From Felis catus (lineage: Eukaryota): a DNA stretch of 64,000 nt. The translations under genes were made by a program, and so were the position numbers. Position 1 is the first letter of the stretch. The number at the start of each line of letters is the position of its first letter. Shown piece after piece: positions 12,006 through 24,277 of the stretch. Below the pieces are notes generated by a model that was not told where the DNA came from, did no database searches, and saw nothing but the letters and a program-made list of their open reading frames with translations. Where the stretch lies: NCBI RefSeq assembly GCF_018350175.1, contig NC_058368.1, forward strand, positions 159,156,001 through 159,220,000. Reading direction: 5' to 3'.

Positions 12006-12935
12006 TTTGGATAGTCCCTGGCGTGGTGAGGACCTGCAGGGCACTTCCCCTGTGTTGTGGTGTATAACTGGAGTTGGTGGGCGGGGCCACAGTCAGACCT
12101 GATGTCTGCCCCCAGCCCACCGCTGGGGCCACAGTCAGACTGGTGTGTGCCTTCTCTTCCCCTCTCCTAGGGGCGGGATGCACTGTGGGGTGGTGTGGCC
12201 CGTCTGGGCTACTTGCACACTGCCAGGCTTGTGATGCTGGGGATCTGGCGTATTAGCTGGGGTGGGTAGGCAAGGTGCACGGGGGCAGGAGGGGCAGGCT
12301 TAGATCGCTTCTCCTTAGGTGATCCTCTTCAGGAGGGGCCCTGTGGCAGCGGGAGGGAGTCAGATCCGCTGCCGGAGGTTTGGCTCCGCAGAAGCACAGA
12401 GTTGGGTGTTTGCGCAGAGCTAGCAAGTTCCCTGGCAGGAACTGGTTCTCTTTGGGATTTTGGCTGGGGGATGGGCGGGGGAGATGGCGCTGGCGAGCGC
12501 CTTTGTTCCCCACCAAACTGAGCTCTGTTGTCAGGGGGCTCAGCAGCTCTCCCTCCCTTTGTCCTCCAGCCTTCCCGCTTTCCGAGCAGAGCTGTTAACT
12601 TATGACCTCCCAGACTCTAAGTCGCGCTTGTTGTGGGAACACAGTCCGTCAGGCCCCTCCGCTTTTGCCAGCCAGACTCGAGGGCTCTGCTTGGCCGGGA
12701 GCCGCCCCTCCGCCCCGGCTCCCTCCCCCCAGTCCGTGGAGCGCGCACTGCCTCGCCGCCCTTCCTACCCTCTTCCGTGGGCCTCTGGTCTGCGTTTGGC
12801 TCCGGCGACTCCGTTCTGCTAATCCTCTGGCGGTTTTCTGGGTTATTTAGGCAGGTGTAGGTGGAATCTAAGTGATCAGCAGGACGCGCAGTGAGCCCAG
12901 CGTCCTCCTAAGCCGCCATCTTGCCGCTTCTCTCC
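12006..12935 (-). promoter_or_regulatory. LINE-1 5' UTR internal Pol II promoter, CpG-rich
   Basis: About 930 bp that is GC- and CpG-rich in an AT-rich background; YY1 motif CAAGATGGCG (cgccatcttg 12914-12923) lies about 13 nt from the 5' end, as in other L1 promoters. Confidence 0.85.
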
Positions 12936-12953
12936 TAACATTTATTTATTCTT

Positions 12954-13137
12954 GAGGGAGAGAGACAGAGTGTGATCAGGGGAGGGTCAGAGAGAGAGGG
13001 ACACACAGAATCTGAAGCAGTCTCCAGGCTCCAAGCTGTTAGCACAGATCCCCACGCGGGGCTTGAACTCATGAGCCTTGTAATCATGACCTGAGCCTAG
13101 GTCGGTCGCTTAACCTAATGAGCCATCCAGGCACCCC
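12954..13137 (-). mobile_element. CAN-SINE body split by the L1 insertion (tail remnant at 6973-7006)
   Basis: Antisense SINE gagggagagagacagag...ccatccaggcacccc; its own TSD gaacactaaccattt lies at 6958-6972 and 13139-13153, flanking the L1. Confidence 0.93.
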
Positions 13138-15659
13138 AGAACACTAACCATTTTAATAAGATCCAAAAATATTTAAGAAAAAACATTTTGGAATTTTGTT
13201 TTCATTATGTAGAAAACCCATGTTTATCCAAGTTTTTAAAAGATTGTGGTATTATTATTAATTAAAAGACTGATGAATCAAAATTAATGACAGTATAGAA
13301 AGATCTCTGTGTTAAAAATGTATAGAGTAATACATTATATCTGTAAAATTTTAAATATAATTCTTTTTTTAAATACAGAAAAATCTATGGCATATTGAAT
13401 CATAATTGACAAAATACAGCAATTTAGAACAAATCTGGTTGAATTTTCAGGCTATTTAAACATTCATTTTTTTTAATGCAGGTTCATAATAACAGTAGAA
13501 AATTTTGGATTTTTTTTTGTCTCACATTTGAGGGATAAATATGTTTGAGTAGAATGAGCTAAAAAATCAATTTCAATATTCTCTTTACTTATTTATCATA
13601 AGATAGTCTCAGTCTATGAAATTTGAAATATGAAACATGGCTAACCAATAGAATGAGATATTGATTTATTATCAAAATATCTTTTCTGAATTTGTGATCC
13701 TGAGTATCATTGAGTGTATTCTTAAGCAGTATTAGAAAGTTATTTTTTCTCTCTGTAGCACTGTATTTATGAACAATATGTGAAAGAAACAACTACTTAT
13801 CCATCCTAAATTAATCAATCCTTAATTATTAAGTTATTTTGACTTCTATTAAAACCCTATTTCTATAATATTATATCATACAATTAACTCTAGTGAATGG
13901 AATTTAGGTCATAAAAAAAGTAAACAATTGAACATCTTTGGAAAGCAGTTGTTATATATAAACATTTTGTTTCATTGGGCTAATAGACATAATACATATG
14001 TTATTTTGCCATATTGAATTATAGCCCTGTGGAAAAAGTTAGCTAAATTTTAGTTATAATAAAACTTACAAGTTTTGATAATCTTCTAGAATCCTACTAA
14101 TTGGTCTGAATTGTACTAAAAGAAATTTTAATTGAAAGCTATAATTATGCAGTTTAATATTTGACCCTCAACATTTGATAGAATAGAAATAATAGGTGTT
14201 GTGGGGCATGGACAATGCCCCTCATGTAAATAACCAAATAACAGCTTATGTCAAATTGTCTCAGTATACTCTAAATTCTTTCTTTTTACCCAGATTTATA
14301 TTTATCATAGAAAATGGTAACACATTTGAATAAAAATTCTGTATTTGATTTCAGTTGTACTTAATATATGCAATGAGATGTTACTTCTGCATAGTTTTAA
14401 ATTCATATAAATTAATCAGGATTTTAAAGAGCTTGTGTAAAGGGATAAGACTGTATAAATAATTGTACTTAACATATAATTACTTTAAATTTTTAATCTT
14501 TCCTTTGAAAATAAATCCCTCTAGAATTCATTTAGAAATTTTAAACAACTTATCCTCTTTGACCAAATAGACCAAACATGATATCCATAAATAGACACTG
14601 GTATCTGCACATCAGCTGCGTAAAGAGTGGTAAAGTAGGCTCTGTGAAAGATGAAACACTTTTACAGTGATAAGAAGGTAAAACTACTTTGCTTTGTGGA
14701 TAATGTGTATAAAATATAGCATTGTGAATGTTTGGAAAGTATACAAATGAGAAAATTAATGGGCACTTTATTGTCTTATTCTTTTAATTTATTTAAAATT
14801 TTCACAAAGGAAAAGCCCTATTTTTTTTTTAATTATGGATTCTTCTTTAAGCATCTGGTTAATGTCAAAATTTAAACAATGCAGTGATTATTGGGGGGGC
14901 AAAATTGACTCCGTCGCTGTTCTGTTACTTATTGCTCTAGCAATAAAAGAGCAGATGTTTGCCTCATATATGAATTATTTTAATAGTTTTCATTAGGTCT
15001 TTGTCTGTAGTTTGTCAGGGTGGTTTTACAGATATATTCAACCATCTGTTCTTTGGACCTGTACTTCATGTGACTTACAGGATTGTATTAATTTCATTGG
15101 ATTAGTCATTAATTCAATCTGAAGTTTGTTTGCCCTGGGAGTGTTCCAAAAAAGAGAAACTTCATCAATAAAAAATAGCTGCCCTTTTACTAAATAACAA
15201 TTCCATTTATTTTTAATTACAGATTTTAGAAATGCATGTTACAGAATGGTTTTTGGTTTCCAGACTTTAAAATTTGTTTTCCTCAGAGTTTCTATGAGCA
15301 ATACTCAGAAACATCCATTGCCAGTATTTTTAAGAATTTGCTTTTTCTGGCAAAAGGAGTAATATAACTTTGTATCTTTATTATCCCATTTCTGAAATGA
15401 CATATTATTAAACTTTTATGGAATACTATGGATTTCTGACTGGAAAAAATTAAATGTATGAGATGTGATATTTATGATAAAAGCAATTTTCTTATGATCT
15501 CACTTCTGTAGACTAGCAAATGAAGCAGCATTGGAAACCGCATCAGCTCCCTCAGTAACTGGGCTGTTTCCTGAAAGCTAGGTAAAATTAATCCTATCTT
15601 TCAGAAATTCCTTTCTCACACTGAGAATAATCTTCGGTCAAGCTTTTTTCTTGTGTAGC

Positions 15660-16041
15660 TGTTGGAGAAAGTAACCAAAAGAACATAAAGGTCAGTTGAT
15701 CTATGAGCTGGACCTGGGCAGTCAGAGCTCCTCACTCCCACCACAGTCTTTGGAATGTCCTTTTCCTCACTGTTCCCACAATGGGAGCTGTTCCAAGGAC
15801 ATAGCCTTGAGACTATGTGGATGGTTCATATGACTGAACTGAGTGAAGGCTGCTACATAAGTTTTAAGACTTGGCGGGCGGGTGCAGAGATCTTGTTTTG
15901 TGGCCACTCAAGACAAGCCTTGTAAGTAATTTCCCTTAATTATTAAAACTGCCACGTATCAATCTAGAAATCTAGACTAATCTACTTCTTTCTTTAGTCT
16001 GTTCTTGCCCTAAGTGTGTGGGGCTAGTTTGTGAATCAACA
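15660..16041 (+). mobile_element. Solo ERV LTR (about 382 bp), family not determined
   Basis: TGTTG...CAACA termini, 5-bp flanks gtagc/gtagt, ATTAAA at 15942-15947, higher GC than the flanks. Confidence 0.65.
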
Positions 16042-16359
16042 GTAGTCCAGCTATCTTTGTGCTTTCCAGCTTTCTGAGATCACTCTTTGCTTTAGTGTTC
16101 TAAGGTGATATTTTGAATTCCCTGGCTATATACTATGGAAAGTTTCTTCTAATATTTTGGTGGGTTTCTCAGGGGCTCATCTTATCATAATTAGTCCAAT
16201 CTCACCTGCTTCCTACATGTTATTCTCTCTGTTCCTTAAAGAAATTGTTCTGAGTATTAAATAAACAAACAAAATCAACAACAAAAAAACCCGGCCCAAA
16301 CACTTTTTTAGATTCCTTCATTTCCCCCAGAGTTTCAGTAACCAAAAACTATTTTTAAT

Positions 16360-16552
16360 ATATTTTTAAATGTTTATTTATATTTGAGAGAGCACGCAAG
16401 GAGGGGAGGGGCAGAGAGGGGGACAGAGGATCTGAAGCAGGCTTTGTGCTGACAGAAGCAATCCTGATGCAGAGCTCGAACTCATGATCTGTGAGGTCAT
16501 GACCTGAGGCCCCAAGTCAGATGCTCTACCAACTGAGCCACCCAGGTGCCCC
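16360..16552 (-). mobile_element. CAN-SINE
   Basis: Antisense SINE ending cacccaggtgcccc; TSD aaaaactatttttaat at 16344-16359 and 16553-16568. Confidence 0.93.
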
Positions 16553-18189
16553 AAAAACTATTTTTAATGAACTTTTACTGAAGGTTGGCTTGGAAGTAAT
16601 AGCAGGGACAGTATAAAATGGAATATTAAACCTCATTGCTCTAAAATGCCATCTGACATTTCTGGCTATAGGAATGCCAGATGTTAGTTCCTAACTCTTA
16701 AATTTTCTTGAGTTTCTTTATATCTTTTCTTTTAGAAAAAATAAACCCTATTTCTTTCATAAGCAGAGTTGTCTACTTCTTCATCTCACGCATCCTAACC
16801 TCAGAACCTATTTTTACATTGCCCCAAATTGATGAAAGTGCTGTACTAAACAAGTGACTATTTTGGGTCTTCATCCTTCAGTATTAATGAAGAACTAAAA
16901 TACGTTTGAGTATTTGTTTCCTTCATTTATCAAATTATTAAGAAATGATCACTCTTTTCAATCTCTATAAATGATATTTTTTTTCCTGCTGTCCAGAACA
17001 AGTCCTTGTGTGTGTTTTGTTTGTTTGTTTGTTTGTTTGTTTTCACTACGTAATCATTGATTGGGTTGCATAGACTTTAGCATCGAACAGACAGGCTGTG
17101 TAACTTTAAGAAATTTATTCCTCTGAGCTTGTTTTCTTCTCAGCACAAGTAAAGTATATTAACTTTCAAGATTGTTGAGAAACTAAAAATACTGAATGTA
17201 AAAACTCTGCAATGTGACTTTCTCTCCCTCTCTTTAGCAGAAGTGTCATTTTACTAATCAGAAACCCTTTTTTTCCTTCCTAGACATTATATACCTAGTT
17301 CTCTAAATTCAGAGGGTGTCCTCATTTACAATACAACACATGACTAACAGCCCAGTCCATAACCTGAGAAATCATTCATGTAGGCTTTTGTTCTTAACTT
17401 CCTCAACTACCAGAGCCAGTTTGTGGTCTTTGGATGAAAAAAACCCACTCAAAATCTAAGACTTTCAGATTTTTCTGTAAGAATTAGACATTTTAAATTT
17501 CTCCTGTCCACAAATAACCTCCATTGCCTTCCTCTTCCTCTTTTCTTTATTAAAGTAGGATTCTTAAATCTTTTTGGCTTGGTGATTTTTAATTACTGTC
17601 AGATGTAAACTCTGATTAATTAATCCCACTAGATGGACCCTTAAGATTCATGAGTATTATATTTAAGGCATTAGCCCTGCTCATAAGACAATCCTGATAA
17701 TAATATTTAGTGCTTCATTCCTGGTGCTGTTTTAGTTGCCCCCAATTTTAAGCCTAACTCAGGTCTAAGGATTGAATAGTTCATAATTATTTCCATTTGC
17801 CTCTGAACAAGTCCTGTTAGCACCCTTTGTCTTACTTTATACTCACATGGTATAGTTTTGCCAATAATTCTAAACTAATTGTTTTCAATTTCCCATATTT
17901 AATAATTAGACATAATTTAAGGACTCACATAGACTTATTTTAAAAAATTGAAGCATATGATTAATATATTTTACCAAGTTTCCTTGGATTATTTTAGCAA
18001 ATGCTTAGGTAAACATAACCAATTGTTAAGAGGTATTCATTGAAACTTAGTCCCAAATTCAGAAATTTCTGAGTAACTTGGAAATTATGGGGTGAAAAGG
18101 CAGCTAGCTGCACCTGAGCCTTCCCACAGGGGAGAGTTGTCCTCTGGACATAGGACCGTTGGTTCATTAGGATGAACATATTAAGACCC

Positions 18190-18361
18190 CAGTGGTGTCA
18201 ATCATTAGAGCCAGCTGTGAATATTGCTTCCCAACTCTGAGTTAGTGATATCCCATTCCTAGCTAGAAATTGGCTATCGTGATAGCTTGAAATTGGCAAA
18301 ACCTACAAATCATATTTACTTTTAATACCCACGTAGCCAACCATTTATTATTATAGCACTG
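18190..18361. mobile_element. Short hAT-type DNA transposon relic (MER63-like)
   Basis: CAGTG...CACTG termini; internal tagcttgaaattggc and acctacaaatca recall MER63-type elements. Confidence 0.45.
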
Positions 18362-19309
18362 ACCCTAAGAGTTAGACATGTGAGATTTCTAAGACTTGTT
18401 CTTTAGTAGTATGCCATCGCTTTTAGGTTGTGTCTGCAACAACTTTTCTGGTCCCTGCTGATGATGACCGAGAAACCCTAGAGACATACTTCAAAGAGAA
18501 ATTCTCACACTTTTCTAATGCACATAGAACATTCTCAGAGAAGTAGTAAACCAAATAGCATGTATCTGTGAATCCTAAAATTGCTTGGTTATTAAAATGA
18601 TCTTTGTTATAATTCAGAAGGAAAGGAAGTTATCACATGTATATGATAGATAAAATTAGTAAAGGCTGGTGTGAAATGTGTTGACATTAGCATAGGTGGG
18701 AGAGAGGAAAGGTCTACATAAAAGTTTATTCATTTTCCTTGCTTGAACTCTTTGTTAGTAGTGAGAAAAACCTAAGATTATCTGTGAGTGTAAACTTGAT
18801 TCCCAGCAGCCCTTGAGCTCCTGTCTCTGTCTTTCAAATGGTAGGGGTGAGTTCACAGTTTTGAACCTATCTGCAGTGAGAATGGCTAACTTTCATGTAA
18901 AGGTTCATAACTCCTTATGCCTCAAGGAACCCATCAGACACATGTGGACACCACAGGCTCACCAATAAGTTGGGGACCCTTCCAATAAATATTTTTGAAA
19001 TATTTGTCCAATATCTTTTCACATGGAGAAATTATGGAGAAAAGGGGGCACTTAGGACAATTGTAACTTTCATTCTCAATATATCACAACAAAAGTCTTA
19101 TTCTTTACCAGTTAAACATTAATTGGAAGTCCAGTTAGTGACTTTTACCTGGGTGTGCTTCAAGGAGCCTCACACTCTTCACCCTATGTGTTTTATCAAG
19201 GTAATCATTCTTATCTTCTGAAGACAATCTTCCTCAAATGAATTACAATTTCACTTTTTCCATCACTTTCATTTTCAGAGGTAATTTATCATTCTGTAAA
19301 TTGTTAAGG

Positions 19310-19520
19310 GAACAGACTTTAGAATATGGTTTTCCATTTTTCATCTCAACTCCATTATTTGCTAGCCTGGTGACTTTAGAAAGTTATCAACACTTCATTT
19401 TCCCTATCCACAAAGTGGAGATCACAGAAACTTGCAACATAGGCTTCAGGCAGATCTAATTAAATGGTTATTAAATGATTAAACTTGCTACAGTGCCTAG
19501 CTTTTAATAGGCCTATAATT
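19310..19520 (+). mobile_element. MIR fragment
   Basis: ctccattatttgctagcctggtgactttagaaagttatc...aaagtggagat...cagtgcctagc. Confidence 0.55.
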
Positions 19521-19692
19521 CAAAATATGATGGTTATAAATTGGTATCTATTTCTACTGCCTAGCTGATCTGTTCCATCTGGTGCTAATTATCACTATGT
19601 TCTGGTGCCTCAGCTCTGCGTTGTCCTCATCACTGCAATGACATCTGTGGTATCTCTAGACCAAATGATATATACTCAAAAGAATTTCCCTG

Positions 19693-19898
19693 GGGGCACC
19701 TGGGTGGCTCAATAGGTTAAGTGTCCAACTTCGGCTCAGGTCATGATCTCATGGTTGTGGGTTCGAGCCCGCATCGGGCTCTGTGCTGACAGCTCAGAGC
19801 CTGGAGTCTGCTTCGAGTTCTGTGTCTCCCTCTCTGACCCTCCCCTGCTTGTGCTCTGTCTCTCAAAAATAAATAAATGTAAAAAAATTAAAAAAAAA
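19693..19898 (+). mobile_element. CAN-SINE
   Basis: ggggcacctgggtggctcaataggttaag head, A tail, flanks aatttccctg / aattttcctg. Confidence 0.93.
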
Positions 19899-20927
19899 TT
19901 TTCCTGAAAAAAATTATTTTCTTCTATCACTTCTCTTCTCTGTGGTTTCATATTAATTTAGGAATAATTTTCAAGAACTTTGACATTCCAAGGCTATCTC
20001 CATCCTTATGCATCTTCCATTCTAGCCAGACTTGGGTATTCACTATCTTTGTTACTTTTCTCATAATCTTGCTCACTCACTATTGCTTCCTCCTAACTAT
20101 TTATGTAATATTTGCTGTCCCTAAAAGTGTAACTCAAGTGTAAGATACTTCCCTGAGACTTTTTCTTGAAGATAATTTTAATTTATGTATCTTGCTTTAA
20201 GACTTAGACGCTTCTGTCTGTATCAAGTATTTAGCACCTGCCTTTGATTATTTTGCATTAGTAAAATCTCTTGCAAATTACTGCTTTCATTAGATTGCAG
20301 ATTCTTTCAGGGGCAGATCTTATCTTTATTTTTTTAGTTCTCTTATTACTTAGTGTAATGTCCTGTACATATCTTTTTGATAATCAGAAATGGTATGTAA
20401 TGTGTGTGTGTATGTATATGTCTCCATATATGACCACCTAGACTTTATAATTGTTGGTCATACTCATTTTCTATAACTAGTGATGGAGTTTCAGAATGGT
20501 TAGTTTTTAACATGACTAATGTTTTAAAACTGTTTAAGTTGAACTCTCAAAGTTGGAGACATCCTTTATTAGATAGTGATTAACTCTACTTCATAAACCT
20601 GCTTTTCCTACTTTTCCTTCAATCTTCAGAACAAATGAAATAAATATATTTAATTGATCTTATAAATCTCAGTCCCTATGATCATTTCCTTGTCCAATTT
20701 GTGGACCTAGTTTTTAAAGTGAGTATGATATCCTAATTGTAAATAAATGTTTTGTCCCACTGACACCATAAATAGCCCTAGTTGATTTGTTGAGTACAAA
20801 CTGGTAAATTAACCTATGTACTAAAGTGAAGATGCAGAAGATTAAATATTGGTTATGCTTGATTTTTTTTTTTTTTGAAGAACAGATTAATCCGAGGTAT
20901 ATTTTGTATTTAAGAAGTGCTCTTCTT

Positions 20928-21042
20928 GGGGCTGCCTGAGTGGCTCAGTTGGTTATGCACCTGACTTTGGCTCAGGTCATGATCTTGTAGTTTATGGGTC
21001 TGGCTCTGTACTGACAGCTCAGAGCCTGGAACCTGCCTCAGA

Positions 21043-21083
<41 letters not shown>

Positions 21084-21151
21084 CCCCTCCCCCTCCCTCA
21101 CCCACACACACACTCTCTCTTTCTCTCAAAAATGAACATATTTTTTTCTTA
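20928..21151 (+). mobile_element. CAN-SINE with expanded (CT)n
   Basis: SINE head, (CT)n at about 21046-21080; TSD aagaagtgct(c/a)ttctt at 20912-20927 and 21152-21167. Confidence 0.9.
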
Positions 21152-22203
21152 AAGAAGTGCTATTCTTGGAGACTCAGACAAGTTAAGACTGAAGGTTGAT
21201 CAACAGATTGTAAGCTCCAAAATACTCTTTGCCTGTTTATCATTATGATGTTTTAGGGTTTCTCATCTTTGGTTTTACAGTTATCTCATGCATAATTAGA
21301 TTGTAATCTCTTTGAGGACGGATAGTCTCATTCACAACTCTTAATGTGTTTCATAACTAAAAATGAATGTGTTGAATGAATATTAAGAAGAAAATAACAC
21401 ACCCTAGGCTTGAATTTGCCCCCAGTTTAGTGCAATAAGCATTTATGAAATCTTCAGTTTGCATAGTAGGTACATTGAGGTTGGCATAGCTGTATAATAC
21501 ACATGAAAAATATGTTTTTATCTGCTTGTAATAAATTGTATTGTCATTTTTGTAAAATGCCTTTCAACTCTTTATGCCTAGAAGAAACAGAACTTTCTGC
21601 TTAATATATATTTTTTCAGTAGTAGTCCAAAGACAAGCAAGTAAATTTAACTGTATTTTGTGGCATTTTCCTAAAAGTGCATTTTTTGGAGTCTATATTT
21701 TGTGCCTAGATATACATGGAAATTTGGCGTGTGCAAATTTTGTTAAAATTCCTGAATGCAAACTGAGGAAAATAAAATGTGATGTTCAAAGCAAGTATAT
21801 TTAGGACTTTTTAGTATGTCAAGGAACTTCTGTTTTGGCTAGAAAGAACGGGGGACATTATCACTAAAATAGATTCTATTATAAACATTTAACTTCTTTT
21901 TTTTAATTTTTGTATATATACAGATGAGGTACATGAGTGAATGGCTATAATTAGAGTAATTATCAAGTGTATTTTAGACATTGAAATACTTACTGCCCTC
22001 CTACTATTACTTAAGCAGTATAAAATATGTGGTTCTCATAGTCCTGTCCTCCTTTGGTAGCTGATATAGAAGTTAAGAGGATACTTCTTTCAAGGCTCTA
22101 TTTACTAAAATGCTTTATCTTATAATCATATAGTCTTTCACCAATTTACTATATAAGGTCAGGTTCTTCCTGTCATAAGAACAATATTCTCTAGAACCTA
22201 CTT

Positions 22204-22442
22204 AATTGTTTTTAACGTTTATTTATTATTGAAAGACAGAGAGAGTCAGAGTGTGAGCAGGGGAGGGGCAGAGAGAGAGGAAGACACAGAATCTGAAGCA
22301 GGCTCCAGGCTCTGAGCTGTCAGCAAAGACTTGAACTTGGGGCTTGAACTCACAAACCGACTCACAAACCAACTCACAAATCGCCAGATCATGGCCTAAG
22401 CAGAAGTCGGATGCTTAACCGACTGAGCCACTCAGTCGCCCC
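22204..22442 (-). mobile_element. CAN-SINE with internal 12-bp triplication
   Basis: Antisense SINE; TSD tctagaacctactt at 22190-22203 and 22443-22456. Confidence 0.93.
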
Positions 22443-22471
22443 TCTAGAACCTACTTTTAAAGACTGTTGTT

Positions 22472-22755
22472 GGGGCATTTAGGTGACTCTCTGCCCTTTA
22501 CCTGCTCACTCTGTCTTTCTCTCAAAATAAATAAATAGGGGTGCCTGGGTGGCTCCGTCAGTTAAGCAACTGACTTTGGCTCAGGTTATGATCTCAGGGT
22601 TGGTGGGTTCAAGTCCCGCGTCAGGCTCTGTGCTGACAGCTACGATTCTGTGTCTCCCTCTCTCTCTGCCCCTCCCCCTCCTCATGCTTTGTCTCTCTCT
22701 TCTCTCAAAAATAAACGTTTAAAAAAATTAAAAATAAATAAACTTAAAAAAAATA
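22472..22755 (+). mobile_element. Nested CAN-SINEs: an internally deleted outer copy with a second copy (22538-22730) in its tail
   Basis: ggggcatttaggtgactc joined directly to the CT block and aaaataaataaa, then a new ggggtgcctgggtggctc head; aaagactg on both outer flanks. Confidence 0.8.
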
Positions 22756-23578
22756 AAGACTGAGTGTTGTTGAGCTTTCTTGGAACAGGGAGTTCTTTTC
22801 TTTCCTGTATCTTCCAAGGACAAATTGGTTTAGAAGAAATGTTAACATATTAACAATACTAGTTTAGCTACATTGGAGGTAAAGTCAAAAGTAACTTTGG
22901 TCCTGTATCATGCATAAAGTTGGGGATTGAGTTCAGTTTCTAATTTAATAATACCGCTGTGACTACAGATGTTCAGTCATGTCCGTGCTACCTAGAAAAT
23001 GATACATAGACCAAGATATTCTTAATAGGATCTCTTTTTTTCAGGTATCACAGATTAATCTATGAGACAGCAGATATGGAACCAATAAAATTATAAATGT
23101 GACCAATGTGTATATAAATGAAATTAATGATACAACTAAATATTTACTAGATAAGTAACACAACTAAATATCAATAATATTAATAGAGCACAATGTCAAT
23201 TTAAGAGAAGTTGTCTAAAAATTGAACATCATTTCCTATACATATTAATTTTAAGAGATTTCTTGGTGCCACTACCATTATTAACATATATAAAATACAA
23301 TCTGTTATAAATTTTAGTGAAATTTAAGAAATTCACCTATAAAAACAGTCATTTAATTCATAATTCATAGTTTTATAATAATGTTTTGCACTTTCTCTGA
23401 ATTTATAATTGGTTTTCAAGGTTTGTTAATTTTTTTCTCCAAATAATATTTATATTTGTGCCATCCAGCCACCCTGTTATATATGAGTTCAATTAGAGAC
23501 TTCCAGTATTTTTTATAGGCAAACTCTAAACAAAATTTTTCTGAGATAATTCGACCAAAAGATTTAAGGTTCAGTAAA

Positions 23579-23580
<2 letters not shown>

Positions 23581-23620
<40 letters not shown>
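23581..23620. repeat. (GT)20 microsatellite
   Basis: Perfect dinucleotide run. Confidence 0.98.
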
Positions 23621-23622
<2 letters not shown>

Positions 23623-24022
23623 ACACATAATTCAAGGCAGTTTGTACTCTCCTGTAAATACTATATTGATACTTTGAAAAGTGAAATATGATGAAATACC
23701 TCCTCATAGTCAGTCATTTTTAGCAACATCAGTGAAGAATCATTTAAGTTTTTTTAATTTTATCTTATATTTATTTATAGCACAATTTACTATTTGTATT
23801 AAATAATCCATACTTATTTTCCATGTTTTAAAACTCTGTAATTGTCCATCTGTGTTATTTGTATTTTTAAAAAGCTATTTGTATGATTTCATACTTTTTA
23901 AATTTTATGGCTTTATGAGTATCTCTTTTAGCTATCATTTTATGGCATTCACTTTATCCTTCTCACCTTCTCAGGTTAGGCATTGACAAAAAAGAAAATT
24001 TATTTAAAAATTTATTTTATTA

Positions 24023-24277
24023 GGGCTCCTGGGATGTTCAGTTAAGCATCCAGCTTCGGCTTAGGTCATGACATTACAGTTTGTGAGTTTGAGCCCTGTG
24101 TCGGGTTCTGTGCTGACAGCTCAGAGTCTGGAGCCTGCTTTGGACTCTGTGTCTACCTCTCTTTCTCTCTGTCCATCCTCCACTCATGCTATGTCCCTCT
24201 CTCTGTCTCAAAAATAAATAAACATTAATTTTTTTAATTTTTTTAATTTTTTTAATTAATTAATTAATTAAAAATAA
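24023..24277 (+). mobile_element. CAN-SINE
   Basis: gggctcctgggatgttcagttaagc...gctgacagctcagag...aaaataaataaac. Confidence 0.9.

Larger units (their letters stand above)
7007..12935 (-). mobile_element. Full-length LINE-1 retrotransposon (felid L1, about 5.9 kb)
   Basis: GC-rich 5' UTR, ORF1, ORF2, G-rich 3' UTR, AATAAA (tttatt 7021-7026) and poly(A) (T-run 7005-7014); perfect 18-bp TSD taacatttatttattctt at 6989-7006 and 12936-12953. Confidence 0.98.

Noticed and set aside
12006..12044. N-terminal extension MPCRSSPRQGLSK of ORF1 in the ORF track
   Set aside because: It begins at a non-ATG codon; the first ATG is at 12005
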